Source of the DNA: Dendrobates tinctorius
Lineage: Eukaryota
DNA length: 64,000 nucleotides
Assembly: GCF_039654945.1 (NCBI RefSeq)
Contig: NW_027361743.1
Span: 9,238,001-9,302,000, forward strand
Direction: 5' to 3'
Part shown: piece by piece, positions 60,006 through 64,000 of the stretch
How positions within the stretch are numbered: the stretch's first letter is position 1
How the letters are laid out: each line of letters begins with the position of its first letter
Made by a program: the position numbers and the translations under genes
The notes under the pieces: generated by a model
The model's database searches: none
What the model was told of the DNA's origin: nothing
What the model saw: the letters and a program-made list of their open reading frames with translations, nothing else

Positions 60006-63003
60006 TGTCACTATCCAATTCTTGGAGCCGTGTCAGCTTCTGGATTAACGCATGTAAACCTTTTTTTTTTCCTTCAAGCCTTTGGCTTAAGGTTAGTTTT
60101 GCCCCCGGTGGCCACGGGTGTCATTGCATCCTAATAGTTGCTTTGGTTACCTTTTGCCCCCGGTGGCCACAAGTGTCATTGCACTTGATGTTTTCTCTGC
60201 TATGCCTTTTGCCCCCGGTGGTCACTGGGGTTATGGCAGCTTTTGGCCCCTGATCATTTGACCATTCCCTTTTCCTATATAGGGTCACATGGTCTATGAG
60301 CAGGTGTTGGTGATAGCGTCTTTTTGGGATTCCATCCACGGTGAAGGGAGCAGCTGGCTGAGGTGTGAAGCCACTGCAAAAACCTGGTGAAGTTAGCAGC
60401 TGGCTTGAAGGTTGGAGACTTTCGAAACTGGTGTTGAACTCTGTCTGCCCAGTGTCCGCAGCAGAGTGAGATGGTGAAGGTGGCAGAAGGCTCTGAGGTG
60501 TCGAGCCACTGCGAAAAGTTAATCCGGTGATGCATTCTGCTGCCTGGTGCTGCAGCAGAGCAAGATAAGTGTTTTTGGTGTTTCCCCTGTTTGTATTTTT
60601 CCCTGGTGTGTATAGTACAGTGGTGGGGCCAGTGCCTGCACCACCCAGCTCCCTAGCAAGGGATAGGTGTAGGGTGTGCTAGGGTGACAGGTATCCGGCT
60701 CTGCGACCGGTGAGGAGCCTGTATAGGGAACGTTAGGAGTGTGAGGGACACTGACTCAGGGGAGTGCAGGAGGTCTCCACATCCCCGTTCCCTATCACAG
60801 GGCCCACCGTTGTAACTGTTTCCCCTTCCCCCGTGTCTTGTTGTTTCAGTTACCGACCTGCGGGTCGTGTCACACAGGATGGGTCCTCGTGACATTATCA
60901 CCAACCTTATATTTTCTCTGGTGAGCCATGGGCCTAGTACAGTCCGGTGAGCAATTGCTGCTGGTTCTCACTGAGTAGAATGAGGAGCTGCATGGTGTGT
61001 TGGAGCAGCAGCAGCACTTATCAGGGTCTGGGGCCTCCCCTCTGGCTCAACCAGAACCACAATGTGCGGCTTTTAGCAAATATTCCCCCTAGAGTCCCTG
61101 CTGGGGAGCGGGACTTGCTCATACACGCGGACGCACCCAGGCAGGTGGGTGGTGATTTAGTCCGCGGGGCTCACGCCGAAAATTCTCTAACATCGAAGAA
61201 GCCGCCCCCTACTGGTCGTGGGGAGGAAGACGGCCAGGAAGAGTATATTTCCTTCTTCTTTCCCTTCCCAATTGCGGCTCTGGCAGATATTCCCCCTGGA
61301 GTCCCTGCTGGGGAGCGGGACTTGCTCATACTCGCGGACGCACCCAGGCAGGTGGGGGGAGTTGGTGTCCCCATGGTGCTGTCTGGGGTTCCCCGAGGTG
61401 AAGGGGTACGTCCCTGTAGTGAGCACACTGGTGATATGGTCCGTGGGGCTCACGCCGAAAATTCTTTACCATCTAAGAAGCCGCCCCCTCCTGGTCGTGT
61501 GGAGGAAGACGACCAAGGAGTGTATATTTCCTCCATATCCCTGTCCCCTTCTCCTCCAGTAGTGGCAGCAGGAGTGCTGCCAAAGAGTAGGGGCAAATCG
61601 CAACCCTCACCACAAGCTGCCCCTCTGAGTCAGAGTCCTATTAGGAGGGGGGCAGAGAGAAGAGTTTGCCTCTGAGCCTTGTGGGGGTGTGAGTGTTACG
61701 ACACGGGGGGACGCCTCTTTTGTCGGTGTTGTGAGGAGTTCACCATCTAGTGGCAAGAGAGTGAATGGCAATAAACGTTCAGGTCCGGACCTGGGTGCGT
61801 ACGTGTTTGCATGGGTGTCTGAGTTATCCTTTCTTATACCCAGGCGTAGCTTGTTCCCCAGGTCGGTGCTCTGGAGATTTGTGGTGCCTCCAGAGTATAC
61901 GTCTTCGCCTCCATCTACCCTCTCTTGCCATAACCCGGAGTGTCAGATGATGGTTGAAGTTAACTCTCATGGAACAAGGCGTCCGCACTGTAGGTGGCAT
62001 GCAGTAGTGTAATACGGTGTTGAGGGTCCAGAGGCCCCTCATTGAAGGAGGGGTACTGTCACGATCCAATTCTTGGAGCCGTGTCAGCTTCTGGATTAAC
62101 GCATGTAAACCTTTTTTTTTCCCTTCAAGCCTTTGGCTTAAGGTTAGTTTTGCCCCCGGTGGCCACGGGTGCCATTGCATCCTAATAGTTGCTTTGGTTA
62201 CCTTTTGCCCCCGGTGGCCACAAGTGTCATTGCACTTGATGTTTTCTTTGCTTTGCCTTTTGCCCCCGGTGGTCACTGGGGTTATGGCAGCTTTTGGCCC
62301 CTGATCATTTGACCATTCCCTTTTCCTATATAGGGTCACATGGTCTATGAGCAGGTGTTGGTGATAGCGTCTTTTTGGGATTCCAACCACGGTGAAGGGA
62401 GCAGCTGGCTGAGGTGTGAAGCCACTGCAGAAACCTGGTGAAGTTAGCAGCTGGCTTGAAGGTTGGAGACTGCCGAAACTGGTGTTGAACTTTGTCTGCC
62501 CGGTGTCCGCAGCAGAGTGAGATGGTGAGGGTGGCAGAAGGCTCTGAGGTGTCGAGCCACTGCGAAAAGTTAATCCGGTGATGCACTCTGCTGCCTGGTG
62601 CGGCAGCAGAGCAAGATAAGTGTTTTTGGTGTTTCCCCTGTTTGTATTTTTCCCTGGTGTGTATTAGTACAGCGGTGGGGCCAGTGCCTGCACCACCCAG
62701 CTCCCTAGCAAGGGATAGGTGTAGGGTGTGCTAGGGTGACAGGTATCCTGATCGGCGACAGGTGAGGAGCCTGTATAGGGAACGTTAGGAGTGTGAGGGA
62801 CACTGACTCAGGGGAGTGCAGGAAGTCTCCACGCCCCCGCTCCCTATCTCAGGGCCCACCGTTGTAACTGTTTCCCCTTCCCCCGTGTCTTGTTTCAGTT
62901 ACTGGCCTGCAGGTTGTGTCACACAGGACAGTTACACGTGCCAGTTTTGTTGTTTTAGTTACCGACCTGCGGGTCGTGTCACACAGGACGGGTCCTTGTG
63001 ACA
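60006..63003 (+). mobile_element. Non-autonomous LTR retrotransposon: LTRs 60006-60894 and 62057-63003, 1.16-kb internal region
   Basis: TGTCAC...GTGACA LTRs, 5-bp TSD TTAAC (60001-05, 63004-08), purine tract GAAGGAGGGG before the 3' LTR; no RT or integrase motifs inside. Confidence 0.9.
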
Positions 63004-63559
63004 TTAACATAAGAGTTTGTGGATAAGTAAGGAAACCCTTCTAGAATAGTACATGTGATAGGAGTGAGCAGACCATTAACCCCCAGGGCTTGGTTAACAA
63101 TATAACTAAATCACAGGTCAGATGCGTCTTTTGGCCACACAGTATATGAGGGTTATGTGGTCTAATCTGCCAATTTACCGGATGTGTTCCTGCGGACTGC
63201 TCAGACCTCTATCAATTCTGTGTCATGCACATCATCCAGGTAGCCGTAGATATAACCCCAAAGTGTCGTCGAACAGTATAACCATATCACCTAAACAGTT
63301 TGGACATTGCAGTATGACTCCCCCCAAGTACATTAACCCGGACAAAGCAATAGAGAGAAATATATACCAGAGAGAGGAGAAAGCCGTCCGTGGGAATAAA
63401 GGTAACTTAGAGAAAAACCCAACGGTGATGTTCAGAGGTTGTCTGAGCTTCAGACAGCGGTCGGCACAAGGTAATGTAGACTTGAGCAGTTGCTCCTTAT
63501 AGACATAGATGCTATAGAGCTACCATCAGACTGGTGGTGGACATAATGACCAAATGGTT

Positions 63560-64000
63560 CCCCGTCTCGGCCCTTCGGACTGCAGGATTGCAGCAGTTGT
63601 ATTGCCTTGGTTGGAGTCGTTAAGGAGACCGTAGATCCCTCATGAACAAACCTGAGCCGCGCCTGATACACCATCTCTGAATTTCCTCTTAACCTCCAAG
63701 TATCAGACTTTTTGTTTCTGGAGCTCAGTAGAAAAATGAAGACAATGGTATTATTGTACTTAAAGAGGTCCTTCTTCTTGGCAAAGGGGAGATCCGTGTC
63801 TCATTCCTTGGAAGTCAGTAGCCAGGCGAGAAAGGGTCTTGAGGGTGCTCCAGGAGGGGAAGACTTTGCCAATATATGGTGGGCTATCTTCACAACAAAC
63901 ATTGGAGAGAACGCCTCTCCCAGGTTAGACTTTAGCCAGGATTTCGATTTTGCCAGTTTTCCCACCTACACAGAATGGAGAGATCTGTAATTTTTATCGT
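63560..64000 (-). mobile_element. Decayed L1-clade ORF1 remnant
   Basis: Minus-strand reading FSPMFVVKIAHH...PPGAPSRPFLAWLL...FSTELQKQK..YLEVKRK...YQARLRFVHEG with stops and frameshifts. Confidence 0.65.

Noticed and set aside
60947-62390. 242-aa and 188-aa ORFs in the LTR element
   Set aside because: No gag, pol or env motifs; explained by GC-rich duplicated interior and LTR sequence.

Overview
Vertebrate genomic DNA, most likely from a frog judging by its repeat families (inference). Three protein-coding genes can be rebuilt exon by exon with canonical GT-AG splice sites and consistent phases. (1) The first three exons of a ZP4/ZPB-type egg-coat gene on the minus strand (2027->440, running off the left edge), largely missed by the ORF track. 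(2) The complete ANKRD49 CDS on the minus strand (17968-17672 + 15966-15523, 246 aa). (3) The first five coding exons of MRE11 on the plus strand (22164-57476, continuing past the right edge). ANKRD49 and MRE11 are head-to-head, and a candidate shared promoter near 18.8-19.0 kb holds three ZNF143/Staf-type sites. The rest is a dense nest of mobile DNA: many PIF/Harbinger, Kolobok/T2, hAT and Tc2-like MITEs, an intact-ORF IR/DR Tc1 element, L2, CR1 and L1 fragments, V-SINEs, a decayed DIRS element, a solo LTR, a non-autonomous two-LTR element, minisatellites and an 86-bp satellite array. The most striking non-coding signal is a set of minimal type I hammerhead-ribozyme motifs in Penelope-like repeats. 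The best of these sits in a ~620-bp non-coding element with inverted ends and a 13-bp target-site duplication (39812-40431).
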